Source: Laetmonice hystrix (Eukaryota). From it: a stretch of 64,000 nt of DNA. The position numbers and the translations under genes are program-made. This document shows positions 38,092-51,800 of the stretch, in pieces. Every line of letters starts with the position of its first letter. Position 1 is the first letter of the stretch. The notes below the pieces were generated by a model. It searched no databases. It was not told the DNA's origin and was given only the letters and a program-made list of their open reading frames with translations. The stretch is from the NCBI GenBank assembly GCA_965235115.1, contig OZ249436.1:49912001-49976000 (forward strand), given 5' to 3'.

Positions 38092-39003
38092 CCCTAGTCA
38101 CACTAGAGGCGGAATGAGCCAGAATGCTGTCGGAATGAAAATTCTTGGTATATTCCTGGATATTCGAAGTGCATTCTAAAAGTTCTGACTGCATTCTGAG
38201 TGCATTCCAAATATTCGGGCCCATTCTTGTGGCCGGCCCGAATGTTTTGCTCATGCTCAAAACTTTCGAGGTGCATTCGAAGGGGAAAAATATCGAACGG
38301 CATTCGAAGTGTATTCTAAATGCACTCTGACTGCATTCTAAATATTCTTACGGCATTCCAACAGCATTCGAAACATTCTGATCGCATTCGAGGGAAAATC
38401 GAGATGGCAAGCCACTTCAAATCTTGCCAGAATGTCCCGAATGCGCCTCGAATGAGCCGGAATGCACCTCGAATGCATCTCGATTGCTGTCGGAATCTAT
38501 ACTCGGACATTCGTGTTACATTCTAAGTACATTCGAAGTGCATTCTAAGTTTTCGAGCTGCATTCTGTTTGAATTTTGGACGTTCGAACCATATTCGGCG
38601 GCCATTCCGGGAGCGTTCTGACTGCATTCGAGGTGAATTCGTACAGCATTCGAGGCACCTTCCAACCAGACATCGGGCGGTATTTGGGCAGCAATCGAAC
38701 CGCACTCGTACGGCATTCGAGGTGCATTCTAAATATTCTGACTGCATTCTAACAGCATTCTAAACATTCCTACTGTGTTTCAACTACATTCGAGCTGCAT
38801 TCGAGCTAATACACCCGGAATGTACAAGAATCATTCGAGGCGGGTTCGAAGCGCATTCTAAGTATTCGAACGCCATTCTTACAAAGCTGTAAGAATTTTA
38901 GTCACTTTGAAATTCCCTCCCGAATGTGGCCCGAATTTTGAGAATTTTTCATTCCGGCTGGTTCTGCTTGATTCCTGCTGATTCCGAATAAGTGTGACGG
39001 GGG
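38092..39003. mobile_element. Non-autonomous TIR element filled with degenerate GCATTCGA/GCATTCTA repeats
   Basis: TA|CCCTAGTCACACT...AGTGTGACGGGGG|TA (11 of 13 TIR match). Dozens of CATTC/GAATG motifs in both orientations inside. Confidence 0.8.
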
Positions 39004-39717
39004 TATTAGTTCAGTGACTCCAAAATGCAGACATGGACTGTTCGGTCAGATAAGCCCTTAGACTACATAAATAAATGTTTACCCAGTCAGAAATGGAGAA
39101 ATCTAATGAAAATCAACATTCCAGTCGCCTGTTGTCGCTAGGAATCGTCTTGTGGCTGGTTGTTGACCTGGCATTGACTTGAATAGGCAATGAAATTCAT
39201 TGCTTCATCACCCTATTTCTGTGGATATACATGTAAATATTGATTGATGTAGTGTAAGGCTTTATCTAACCTAACAAGCCATATCTACAATCCGGAATGG
39301 TTTTAAGGAACACTTTATGCATAATCCCTGATATTAACGTGGGCTATCTATCAGAGTCGTGCAGATGACGCCACTACTGTCAGTAAAATTGATTTTCCGA
39401 ATAAAAGTTACCTGACAAAGTCTGTACGTTTAATATATTACAAGGCAGATACTGCAACCAGGAGTCCCTTCTAAAAAAAAAAGACATAAATATTCTTGTC
39501 GGAACCATGGGTATTATTTTCTAAAAGGGTGACGATTTGAGAGCTTTCCCATTTTGTGAGATGTTAGGATGTCGTGGTTGGCGTCTTCGGTAGGCACGGT
39601 TTGACAGGCTTTGGACAGTCAGCCATGGGTGGGGTTGCGAGGGACGTTAACCATTTTTACCCCAATCCCCCCTCGCAATGTAGGCCTACATGTTTGCGTC
39701 AATTACAATAGAATACA

Positions 39718-39876
39718 TTTATCACTTCCGGGTTGTTTTTAGCCCGGTGACCGATGTCTGTTTCCTTGTCTGTCTGAGTTTCTGTCTGTCTATTCGCCAG
39801 ATATTTAAAAAAAGTAATGAACGGATTTTCATGAAACTTTCAGGTATGATTGGTCTCCTGCCAGCGAAAAATGGAG
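39718..39876 (+). mobile_element. 5' part of a Helentron-associated (HINE/DINE-1-like) element
   Basis: T-run, then hairpin TCAC..CCGGG-loop-CCCGG.TGA, a degenerate (TGTC)n microsatellite, and AAAAAGTAATGAACGGATTTTCATGAAACTT, a layout typical of these elements. No 3' end is visible in the window. Confidence 0.55.
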
Positions 39877-42800
39877 TGCACCCTGGTGTTTTCTGCCTGC
39901 AACATCTCTGTGTCAGCTTTCTTTGTGTGTTTGTTACTTAGGGATTGGATATCTGATATAGAAAAGGCGTACAACGTCATTTGCCATTGTTAACTAAACC
40001 TTGACGGCAAACAGTCATTGGGACGACCTGACGACGTTGTCGGACGCTTACAGATGGCCTGTAGGGGACAGAGATTAGATGGGAGTAGATGATAGACGAA
40101 ACGTATGGCCTGCCTCCTGGACAATAAAAGCATGGAAACATGAAACATGAGGCGTCCCTATACTACTGGCTACTCTTGTATACAAGCAAACGGTACAGGG
40201 AGGCCAAACAGTACAGGGAGGAATCGCTACAAGGTATACTGGCTGGCCTAGCACCCAATCGAACACTACAGTGAGGCCAAAGAGTACAGTGAGGCCAAAC
40301 AGTAGGTACACTGCGGGGCCAAGCAGTGTGGGATGCCAACCAGTAGAGTCAGAAGTCCCTATACATCTTACCGGCTGGCCTATAGTAGCCATGCAAACAC
40401 TACAGTGAGGTAGTGGAAATGAAAGGTACAGGCGAGGAGCTTCTAATATTAAAATCTGGAGAAGATACTCAAATGGGAAGTGTACACATCACAACCATAT
40501 ATCTATAGCGAACGTACGAGACCTATACGTTGGACAGTTATACATCTGGCATAAGAGTAATAATTTTGGGGGGCGTAGTTTTAATTTGACGTATCAAAAA
40601 TGCAGTCATTTTTCGCTTATCATTGCTTTAACCTGTCTCTCGCCAAAGAGCCACAGGTGCCTACCAGGCCGGCCAGGTGTACGTGGTGATTCCACCGCTG
40701 GCCGGAAGGCGGCACTGCAGTAAGTGCCGCCGCCGCGCTTCAGTGGAGCTGCGCTGCACCCTGGTGTTTTCTGCCTGCAACATCTCTGTGTAATATTTGT
40801 TTGTTTGTTTGTTATTTTGGGGATGACATATCTGTTATAGAGAAGGCGTACAACGTCATTTGCCATTGTTAACTAAACCTTGACGGCAAACAGTCATTGG
40901 GACGACCTGACAACGTTGTCGGACGCTTACAGATGGTCTGTAGGGGACACAGATTACATGGGAGTAGATGATAGACGAAACGTATGGCCTGCCTCCTGGA
41001 CAATAAAGGCATGGAAACATGAAACATGAGGCGTCTCTATACTACTGGCTACTCTTGTATACAAGCAAACGGTACAGGGAGGCCAAACAGTACAGGGAGG
41101 AATCGCTAAAAGGTACCTATACTGGCTGGCCTAGCACCCAAGCGAACACTATAGTGAGGCCAAAGAGTACAGTGAGGCCAAACAGTACACTGTGGGGCCA
41201 AGCAGTGTGGGAGACCAACCAGTAGAGTGGGAAGTCCCTACATCTTACCGGCTGGCCTATAGTAGCCATGCAAACACTACAGTGAGGTAGTGGAAATGAA
41301 AGGTACAAGCGAGGAGCTTCTAATATTAAAATCTGGAGAAGATACTTAAATGGGAAGTGTACACATCACAACCAGATATCTGTAGCGAACGTACGAGACC
41401 TATAGGTTTGACAGTTATACATCTGGCCTAAGAATCATAATTTTGGGGGGCGTAGTTTCAATTTGACGTATCAAAAATTTAGCCATTTTTCGCTTATCAT
41501 TGCTTTAACCTGTCTCTCGCCTGCCTGCCAGCCCTGGCCGGTGTACGTGGTGATTCCACCCCTGGCCGGAAGGCGGCAGTGCAGTCAGCGCCGCCGCCGC
41601 GCTTTAGTGGAGCTGCGCTGCACCCTGGTGTTTTCTGCCTGCAACATCTCCGTGTAATCTTTGTTTGTTTGTTTGTTTGTTATTTTGGGGATGACATATC
41701 TGTTATAGAGAAAGCGTACGTCATTTGCCATTGTTAACTAAACCTTTACGGCAAACAGTCATTGGGACGACCTGACAACGTTGTCGGACGCTTACAGATG
41801 GCCTGTAGGGGACACAGATTAGATGGCAGTAGATGATAGACGAAACGTATGACCTGCCTCCTGGACAATAAAGGCATGGAAACGTGAAACATGAGGCGTT
41901 CCTATAATACTGGCTACTCTTCTATACAAGCAAACGGTACAGGGAGGCCAAACAGTACAGGGAGGAATCGATACAAGGTATACTGGCTGGCCGAGCACCC
42001 AAGCGAACACTACAGTGAGGCCAAAGAGTACAGTGAGGCCAAACAGTACACTGGGGGCCAAGCAGTGTGGGATGCCAACTAGTAGAGTCAGAAGTCCCTA
42101 TACATCTTACCGGCTGGCCTACAGTAGCCATGCAAACACTACAGTGAGGTAGTGGAAATGAAAGGTACAGGCGAGGAGCTTCTAATATTAAAATCTGGAG
42201 AAGATACTCAAATGGGAAGTGTACACATCACAACCATATATCTATAGCGAACGTACGAGACCTATAGGTTTGACAGTTATACATCTGGCCTAAGAATCAT
42301 AATTTTGGGGGGCGTAGTTTCAATTTGACGTATCAAAAATGTAGCCATTTTTCGTTTATCATTGCTTTAACCTGTCTCTCGCCTGCCTGTCAGCCCTGGC
42401 CGGTGTACGTGGTGATTCCACCGCTGGCCGGAAGGCGGCAGTGCAGTCAGCGCCGCCGCCGCGCTTTAGTGGAGCTGCGCTGCACCCTGGTGTTTTCTGC
42501 CTGCAACATCTCCGTGTAATCTTTGTTTGTTTGTTTGTTTGTTATTTTGGGGATGACATATCTGTTATAGAGAAAGCGTACAACGTCATTTGCCATTGTT
42601 AACTAAACCTTTACGGCAAACAGTCATTGGGACGACCTGACAACGTTGTCGGACGCTTACAGATGGCCTGTAGGGGACACAGATTAGATGGCAGTAGATG
42701 ATAGACGAAACGTATGACCTGCCTCCTGGACAATAAAGGCATGGAAACGTGAAACATGAGGCGTCCCTATAATACTGGCTACTCTTCTATACAAGCAAAC

Positions 42801-45800
42801 GGTACAGGGAGGCCAAACGGAGGAATCGATACAAGGTATACTGGCTGGCCGAGCACCTAAGCGAACACTACAGTGAGGCCAAAGAGTACAGTGAGGCCAA
42901 ACAGTAGGTACACTGCGGGGCCAAGCAGTGTGGGATGCCAACCAGTAGAGTGAGAAGTCCCTATACATCTTACCGGCTGGCCAATAGTAGCCATGCAAAC
43001 ACTACAGTGAGGTAGTGGAAATGAAAGGTACAGGCGAGGAGCTTCTAATATTAAAATCTGGAGAAGATACTCAAATGGGAAGTGTACACATCACAACCAT
43101 ATATCTATAGCGAACGTACGAGACCTATAGGTTTGACAGTTATACATCTGGCCTAAGAATCATAATTTTGGGGGGCGTAGTTTCAATTTGACGTATCAAA
43201 AATTTAGCCATTTTTCGTTTATCATTGCTTTAACCTGTCTCTCGCCTGCCTGTCAGCCCTGGCCGGTGTACGTGGTGATTCCACCGCTGGCCGGAAGGCG
43301 GCAGTGCAGTCAGCGCCGCCGCCGCGCTTCAGTGGAGCTGCGCTGCACCCTGGTGTTTTCTGCCTGCAACGTCTCCGTGTAATCTTTCTTTCTTTGATTG
43401 TTTGTTATTTTGGGGATGACATATCTGTTATAAAAAAGGCGTACAACATCATTTGCCATTGTTAACTAAACCTTTACGGCAAATAGTCATTGGGACGACC
43501 TGACAACGTTGTCGGACGCTTACAGATGGCCTGTAGGGGACACAGATTAGATGGCAGTAGATGATAGACGAAACGTATGACCTGCCTCCTGGACAATAAA
43601 GGCATGGAAACGTGAAACATGAGGCGTCCCTATAATACTGGCTACTCTTCTATACAAGCAAACGGTACAGGGAGGCCAAACAGTACAGGGAGGAATCGAT
43701 ACAAGGTATACTGGCTGGCCGAGCACCCAAGCGAACACTACAGTGAGGCCAAAGAGTACAGTGAGGCCAAACAGTACACTGGGGGCCAAGCAGTGTGGGA
43801 TGCCAACTAGTAGAGTCAGAAGTCCCTATACATCTTACCGGCTGGCCTACAGTAGCCATGCAAACACTACAGTGAGGTAGTGGAAATGAAAGGTACAGGC
43901 GAGGAGCTTCTAATATTAAAATCTGGAGAAGATACTCAAATGGGAAGTGTACACATCACAACCATATATCTATAGCGAACGTACGAGACCTATAGGTTTG
44001 ACAGTTATACATCTGGCCTAAGAATCATAATTTTGGGGGGCGTAGTTTCAATTTGACGTATCAAAAATTTAGCCATTTTTCGTTTATCATTGCTTTAACC
44101 TGTCTCTCGCCTGCCTGTCAGCCCTGGCCGGTGTACGTGGTGATTCCACCGCTGGCCGGAAGGCGGCAGTGCAGTCAGCGCCGCCGCCGCGCTTTAGTGG
44201 AGCTGCGCTGCACCCTGGTGTTTTCTGCCTGCAACATCTCCGTGTAATCTTTGTTTGTTTGTTTGTTTGTTATTTTGGGGATGACATATCTGTTATAGAG
44301 AAAGCGTACAACGTCATTTGCCATTGTTAACTAAACCTTTACGGCAAACAGTCATTGGGACGACCTGACAACGTTGTCGGACGCTTACAGATGGCCTGTA
44401 GGGGACACAGATTAGATGGCAGTAGATGATAGACGAAACGTATGACCTGCCTCCTGGACAATAAAGGCATGGAAACGTGAAACATGAGGCGTCCCTATAA
44501 TACTGGCTACTCTTCTATACAAGCAAACGGTACAGGGAGGCCAAACGGAGGAATCGATACAAGGTATACTGGCTGGCCGAGCACCTAAGCGAACACTACA
44601 GTGAGGCCAAAGAGTACAGTGAGGCCAAACAGTAGGTACACTGCGGGGCCAAGCAGTGTGGGATGCCAACCAGTAGAGTGAGAAGTCCCTATACATCTTA
44701 CCGGCTGGCCAATAGTAGCCATGCAAACACTACAGTGAGGTAGTGGAAATGAAAGGTACAGGCGAGGAGCTTCTAATATTAAAATCTGGAGAAGATACTC
44801 AAATGGGAAGTGTACACATCACAACCATATATCTATAGCGAACGTACGAGACCTATAGGTTTGACAGTTATACATCTGGCCTAAGAATCATAATTTTGGG
44901 GGGCGTAGTTTCAATTTGACGTATCAAAAATTTAGCCATTTTTCGTTTATCATTGCTTTAACCTGTCTCTCGCCTGCCTGTCAGCCCTGGCCGGTGTACG
45001 TGGTGATTCCACCGCTGGCCGGAAGGCGGCAGTGCAGTCAGCGCCGCCGCCGCGCTTCAGTGGAGCTGCGCTGCACCCTGGTGTTTTCTGCCTGCAACGT
45101 CTCCGTGTAATCTTTCTTTCTTTGATTGTTTGTTATTTTGGGGATGACATATCTGTTATAAAAAAGGCGTACAACATCATTTGCCATTGTTAACTAAACC
45201 TTTACGGCAAATAGTCATTGGGACGACCTGACAACGTTGTCGGACGCTTACAGATGGCCTGTAGGGGACACAGATTAGATGGCAGTAGATGATAGACGAA
45301 ACGTATGACCTGCCTCCTGGACAATAAAGGCATGGAAACGTGAAACATGAGGCGTCCCTATAATACTGGCTACTCTTCTATACAAGCAAACGGTACAGGG
45401 AGGCCAAACAGTACAGGGAGGAATCGATACAAGGTATACTGGCTGGCCGAGCACCCAAGCGAACACTACAGTGAGGCCAAAGAGTACAGTGAGGCCAAAC
45501 AGTACACTGGGGGCCAAGCAGTGTGGGATGCCAACTAGTAGAGTCAGAAGTCCCTATACATCTTACCGGCTGGCCTACAGTAGCCATGCAAACACTACAG
45601 TGAGGTAGTGGAAATGAAAGGTACAGGCGAGGAGCTTCTAATATTAAAATCTGGAGAAGATACTCAAATGGGAAGTGTACACATCACAACCATATATCTA
45701 TAGCGAACGTACGAGACCTATAGGTTTGACAGTTATACATCTGGCCTAAGAATCATAATTTTGGGGGGCGTAGTTTCAATTTGACGTATCAAAAATGTAG

Positions 45801-48800
45801 CCATTTTTCGCTTATCATTGCTTTAACCTGTCTCTCGCCTGCCTGCCAGCCCTGGCCGGTGTACGTGGTGATTCCACCGCTGGTCGGAAGGCGGCAGTGC
45901 AGTCAGCGCCGCCGCCGCGCTTCAGTGGAGCTGCGCTGCACCCTGGTGTTTTCTGCCTGCAACATCTCCGTGTAATCTTTGTTTGTTTGTTTGTTTGTTA
46001 TTTTGGGGATGACATATCTGTTATAGAGAAAGCGTACAACGTCATTTGCCATTGTTAACTAAACCTTTACGGCAAACAGTCATTGGGACGACCTGACAAC
46101 GTTGTCGGACGCTTACAGATGGCCTGTAGGGGACACAGATTAGATGGCAGTAGATGATAGACGAAACGTATGACCTGCCTCCTGGACAATAAAGGCATGG
46201 AAACGTGAAACATGAGGCGTCCCTATAATACTGGCTACTCTTCTATACAAGCAAACGGTACAGGGAGGCCAAACGGAGGAATCGATACAAGGTATACTGG
46301 CTGGCCGAGCACCTAAGCGAACACTACAGTGAGGCCAAAGAGTACAGTGAGGCCAAACAGTAGGTACACTGCGGGGCCAAGCAGTGTGGGATGCCAACCA
46401 GTAGAGTGAGAAGTCCCTATACATCTTACCGGCTGGCCAATAGTAGCCATGCAAACACTACAGTGAGGTAGTGGAAATGAAAGGTACAGGCGAGGAGCTT
46501 CTAATATTAAAATCTGGAGAAGATACTCAAATGGGAAGTGTACACATCACAACCATATATCTATAGCGAACGTACGAGACCTATAGGTTTGACAGTTATA
46601 CATCTGGCCTAAGAATCATAATTTTGGGGGGCGTAGTTTCAATTTGACGTATCAAAAATTTAGCCATTTTTCGTTTATCATTGCTTTAACCTGTCTCTCG
46701 CCTGCCTGTCAGCCCTGGCCGGTGTACGTGGTGATTCCACCGCTGGCCGGAAGGCGGCAGTGCAGTCAGCGCCGCCGCCGCGCTTCAGTGGAACTGCGCT
46801 GCACCCTGGTGTTTTCTGCCTGCAACGTCTCCGTGTAATCTTTCTTTCTTTGATTGTTTGTTATTTTGGGGATGACATATCTGTTATAAAAAAGGCGTAC
46901 AACATCATTTGCCATTGTTAACTAAACCTTTACGGCAAATAGTCATTGGGACGACCTGACAACGTTGTCGGACGCTTACAGATGGCCTGTAGGGGACACA
47001 GATTAGATGGCAGTAGATGATAGACGAAACGTATGACCTGCCTCCTGGACAATAAAGGCATGGAAACGTGAAACATGAGGCGTCCCTATAATACTGGCTA
47101 CTCTTCTATACAAGCAAACGGTACAGGGAGGCCAAACAGTACAGGGAGGAATCGATACAAGGTATACTGGCTGGCCGAGCACCCAAGCGAACACTACAGT
47201 GAGGCCAAAGAGTACAGTGAGGCCAAACAGTACACTGGGGGCCAAGCAGTGTGGGATGCCAACTAGTAGAGTCAGAAGTCCCTATACATCTTACCGGCTG
47301 GCCTACAGTAGCCATGCAAACACTACAGTGAGGTAGTGGAAATGAAAGGTACAGGCGAGGAGCTTCTAATATTAAAATCTGGAGAAGATACTCAAATGGG
47401 AAGTGTACACATCACAACCATATATCTATAGCGAACGTACGAGACCTATAGGTTTGACAGTTATACATCTGGCCTAAGAATCATAATTTGGGGGGCGTAG
47501 TTTCAATTTGACGTATCAAAAATGTAGCCATTTTTCGCTTATCATTGCTTTAACCTGTCTCTCGCCTGCCTGCCAGCCCTGGCCGGTGTACGTGGTGATT
47601 CCACCGCTGGCCGGAAGGCGGCAGTGCAGTCAGCGCCGCCGCCGCGCTTCAGTGGAGCTGCGCTGCACCCTGGTGTTTTCTGCCTGCAACATCTCCGTGT
47701 AATCTTTGTTTGTTTGTTTGTTTGTTATTTTGGGGATGAGATATCTGTTATAGAGAAAGCGTACAACGTCATTTGCCATTGTTAACTAAACCTTTACGGC
47801 AAACAGTCATTGGGACGACCTGACAACGTTGTCGGACGCTTACAGATGGCCTGTAGGGGACACAGATTAGATGGCAGTAGATGATAGACGAAACGTATGA
47901 CCTGCCTCCTGGACAATAAAGGCATGGAAACGTGAAACATGAGGCGTCCCTATAATACTGGCTACTCTTCTATACAAGCAAACGGTACAGGGAGGCCAAA
48001 CAGTACAGGGAGGAATCGATACAAGGTATACTGGCTGGCCGAGCACCTAAGCGAACACTACAGTGAGGCCAAAGAGTACAGTGAGGCCAAACAGTAGGTA
48101 CACTGCGGGGCCAAGCAGTGTGGGATGCCAACCAGTAGAGTGAGAAGTCCCTATACATCTTACCGGCTGGCCTATAGGAGCCATGCAAACACTACAGTGA
48201 GGTAGTGGAAATGAAAGGTACAGGCGAGGAGCTTCTAATATTAAAATCTGGAGAAGATACTCAAATGGGAAGTGTACACATCACAACCATATAGACTATC
48301 TATAGCGAACGTACGAGACCTATAGGTTTGACAGTTATACATCTGGCCTAAGAATCATAATTTTGGGGGGCGTAGTTTCAATTTGACGTATCAAAAATGT
48401 AGCCATTTTTCGTTTATCATTGCTTTAACCTGTCTCTCGCCTGCCTGCCAGCCCTGGCCGGTGTACGTGGTGATTCCACCGCTGGCCGGAAGGCGGCAGT
48501 GCAGTCAGCGCCGCCGCCGCTCTTCAGTGGAGCTGCGCTGCACCCTGGTGTTTTCTGCCTGCAACGTCTCCGTGTTATCTTTCTTTCTTTGATTGTTTGT
48601 TATTTTGGGGATGACATATCTGTTATAGAAAAGGCGTACACCATCATTTGCCATTGTTAAGTAAACCTTTACGGCAAATAGTCATTGGGACGACCTGACA
48701 ACGTTGTCGGACGCTTACAGATGGCCTGTAGGGGACACAGATTAGATGGCAGTAGATGATAGACGAAACGTATGACCTGCCTCCTGGACAATAAAGGCAT

Positions 48801-51800
48801 GGAAACGTGAAACATGAGGCGTCCCTATAATACTGGCTACTCTTCTATACAAGCAAACGGTACAGGGAGGCCAAACAGTACAGGGAGGAATCGATACAAG
48901 GTATACTGGCTGGCCGAGCACCCAAGCGAACACTACAGTGAGGCCAAAGAGTACAGTGAGGCTAAACAGTACACTGGGGGCCAAGCAGTGTGGGATGCCA
49001 ACTAGTAGAGTCAGAAGTCCCTATACATCTTACCGGCTGGCCTATAGTAGCCATGCAAACACTACAGTGAGGTAGTGGAAATGAAAGGTACAGGCGAGGA
49101 GCTTCGAATATTAAAATCTGGAGAAGATACTCAAATGGGAAGTGTACACATCACAACCATATATCTATAGCGAACGTACGAGACCTATAGGTTTGACAGT
49201 TATACATCTGGCCTAAGAATCATAATTTTGGGGGGCGTAGTTTCAATTTGACGTATCAAAAATGTAGCCATTTTTCGCTTATCATTGCTTTAACCTGTCT
49301 CTCGCCTGCCTGCCAGCCCTGGCCGGTGTACGTGGTGATTCCACCGCTGGCCGGAAGGCGGCAGTGCAGTCAGCGCCGCCGCCGCGCTTCAGTGGAGCTG
49401 CACTGCACCCTGGTGTTTTCTGCCTGCAACATCTCCGTGTAATCTTTGTTTGTTTGTTTGTTTGTTATTTTGGGGATGACATATCTGTTATAGAGAAAGC
49501 GTACAACGTAATTTGCCATTGTTAACTAAACCTTTACGGCAAACAGTCATTGGGACGACCTGACAACGTTGTCGGACGCTTACAGATGGCCTGTAGGGGA
49601 CACAGATTAGATGGCAGTAGATGATAGACGAAACGTATGACCTGCCTCCTGGACAATAAAGGCATGGAAACGTGAAACATGAGGCGTCCCTATAATACTG
49701 GCTACTCTTCTATACAAGCAAACGGTACAGGGAGGCCAAACAGTACAGGGACGAATCGATACAAGGTATACTGGCTGGCCGAGCACCCAAGCGAACACTA
49801 CAGTGAGGCCAAAGAGTACAGTGAGGCCAAACAGTACACTGGGGGCCAAGCAGTGTGGGATGCCAACTAGTAGAGTCAGAAGTCCCTATACATCTTACCG
49901 GCTGGCCTATAGTAGCCATGCAAACACTACAGTGAGGTAGTGGAAATGAAAGGTACAGGCGAGGAGCTTCTAATATTAAAATCTGGAGAAGATACTCAAA
50001 TGGGAAGTGTACACATCACAACCATATATCTATAGCGAACGTACGAGACCTATAGGTTTGACAGTTATACATCTGGCCTAAGAATCATAATTTTGGGGGG
50101 CGTAGTTTCAATTTGACGTATCAAAAATGTAGCCATTTTTCGCTTATCATTGCTTTAACCTGTCTCTCGCCTGCCTGCCAGCCCTGGCCGGTGTACGTGG
50201 TGATTCCACCGCTGGCCGGAAGGCGGCAGTGCAGTCAGCGCCGCCGCCGCGCTTCAGTGGAGCTGCACTGCACCCTGGTGTTTTCTGCCTGCAACATCTC
50301 CGTGTAATCTTTGTTTGTTTGTTTGTTTGTTATTTTGGGGATGACATATCTGTTATAGAGAAAGCGTACAACGTCATTTGCCATTGTTAACTAAACCTTT
50401 ACGGCAAACAGTCATTGGGACGACCTGACAACGTTGTCGGACGCTTACAGATGGCCTGTAGGGGACACAGATTAGATGGCAGTAGATGATAGACGAAACG
50501 TATGACCTGCCTCCTGGACAATAAAGGCATGGAAACGTGAAACATGAGGCGTCCCTATAATACTGGCTACTCTTCTATACAAGCAAACGGTACAGGGAGG
50601 CCAAACAGTACAGGGAGGAATCGATACAAGGTATACTGGCTGGCCGAGCACCTAAGCGAACACTACAGTGAGGCCAAAAAGTACAGTGAGGCCAAACAGT
50701 AGGTACACTGCGGGGCCAAGCAGTGTGGGATGCCAACCAGTAGAGTGAGAAGTCCCTATACATCTTACCGGCTGGCCTATAGTAGCCATGCAAACACTAC
50801 AGTGAGGTAGTGGAAATGAAAGGTACAGGCGAGGAGCTTCTAATATTAAAATCTGGAGAAGATACTCAAATGGGAAGTGTACACATCACAACCATATATC
50901 TATAGCGAACGTACGAGACCTATAGGTTTGACAGTTATACATCTGGCCTAAGAATCATAATTTTGGGGGGCGTAGTTTCAATTTGACGTATCAAAAATGT
51001 AGCCATTTTTCGTTTATCATTGCTTTAACCTGTCTCTCGCCTGCCTGCAAGCCCTGGCCGGTGTACGTGGTGATTCCACCGCTGGCCGGAAGGCGGCAGT
51101 GCAGTCAGCGCCGCCGCCGCGCTTCAGTGGAGCTGCACTGCACCCTGGTGTTTTCTGCCTGCAACATCTCCGTGTAATCTTTGTTTGTTTGTTTGTTTGT
51201 TTGTTATTTTGGGGATGACATATCTGTTATAGAGAAAGCGTACAACGTCATTTGCCATTGTTAACTAAACCTTTACGGCAAACAGTCATCGGGACGACCT
51301 GACAACGTTGTCGGACGCTTACAGATGGCCTGTAGGGGACACAGATTAGATGGCAGTAGATGATAGACGAAACGTATGACCTGCCTCCTGGACAATAAAG
51401 GCATGGAAACGTGAAACATGAGGCGTCCCTATAATACTGGCTACTCTTCTATACAAGCAAACGGTACAGGGAGGCCAAACAGTACAGGGAGGAATCGATA
51501 CAAGGTATACTGGCTGGCCGAGCACCTAAGCGAACACTACAGTGAGGCCAAAAAGTACAGTGAGGCCAAACAGTAGGTACACTGCGGGGCCAAGCAGTGT
51601 GGGATGCCAACCAGTAGAGTGAGAAGTCCCTATACATCTTACCGGCTGGCCTATAGTAGCCATGCAAACACTACAGTGAGGTAGTGGAAATGAAAGGTAC
51701 AGGCGAGGAGCTTCTAATATTAAAATCTGGAGAAGATACTCAAATGGGAAGTGTACACATCACAACCATATATCTATAGCGAACGTACGAGACCTATAGG

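Noticed and set aside
37988..38763. Cluster of short overlapping ORFs
   Set aside because: They arise from the repetitive interior of the non-autonomous TIR element and show no transposase motifs.
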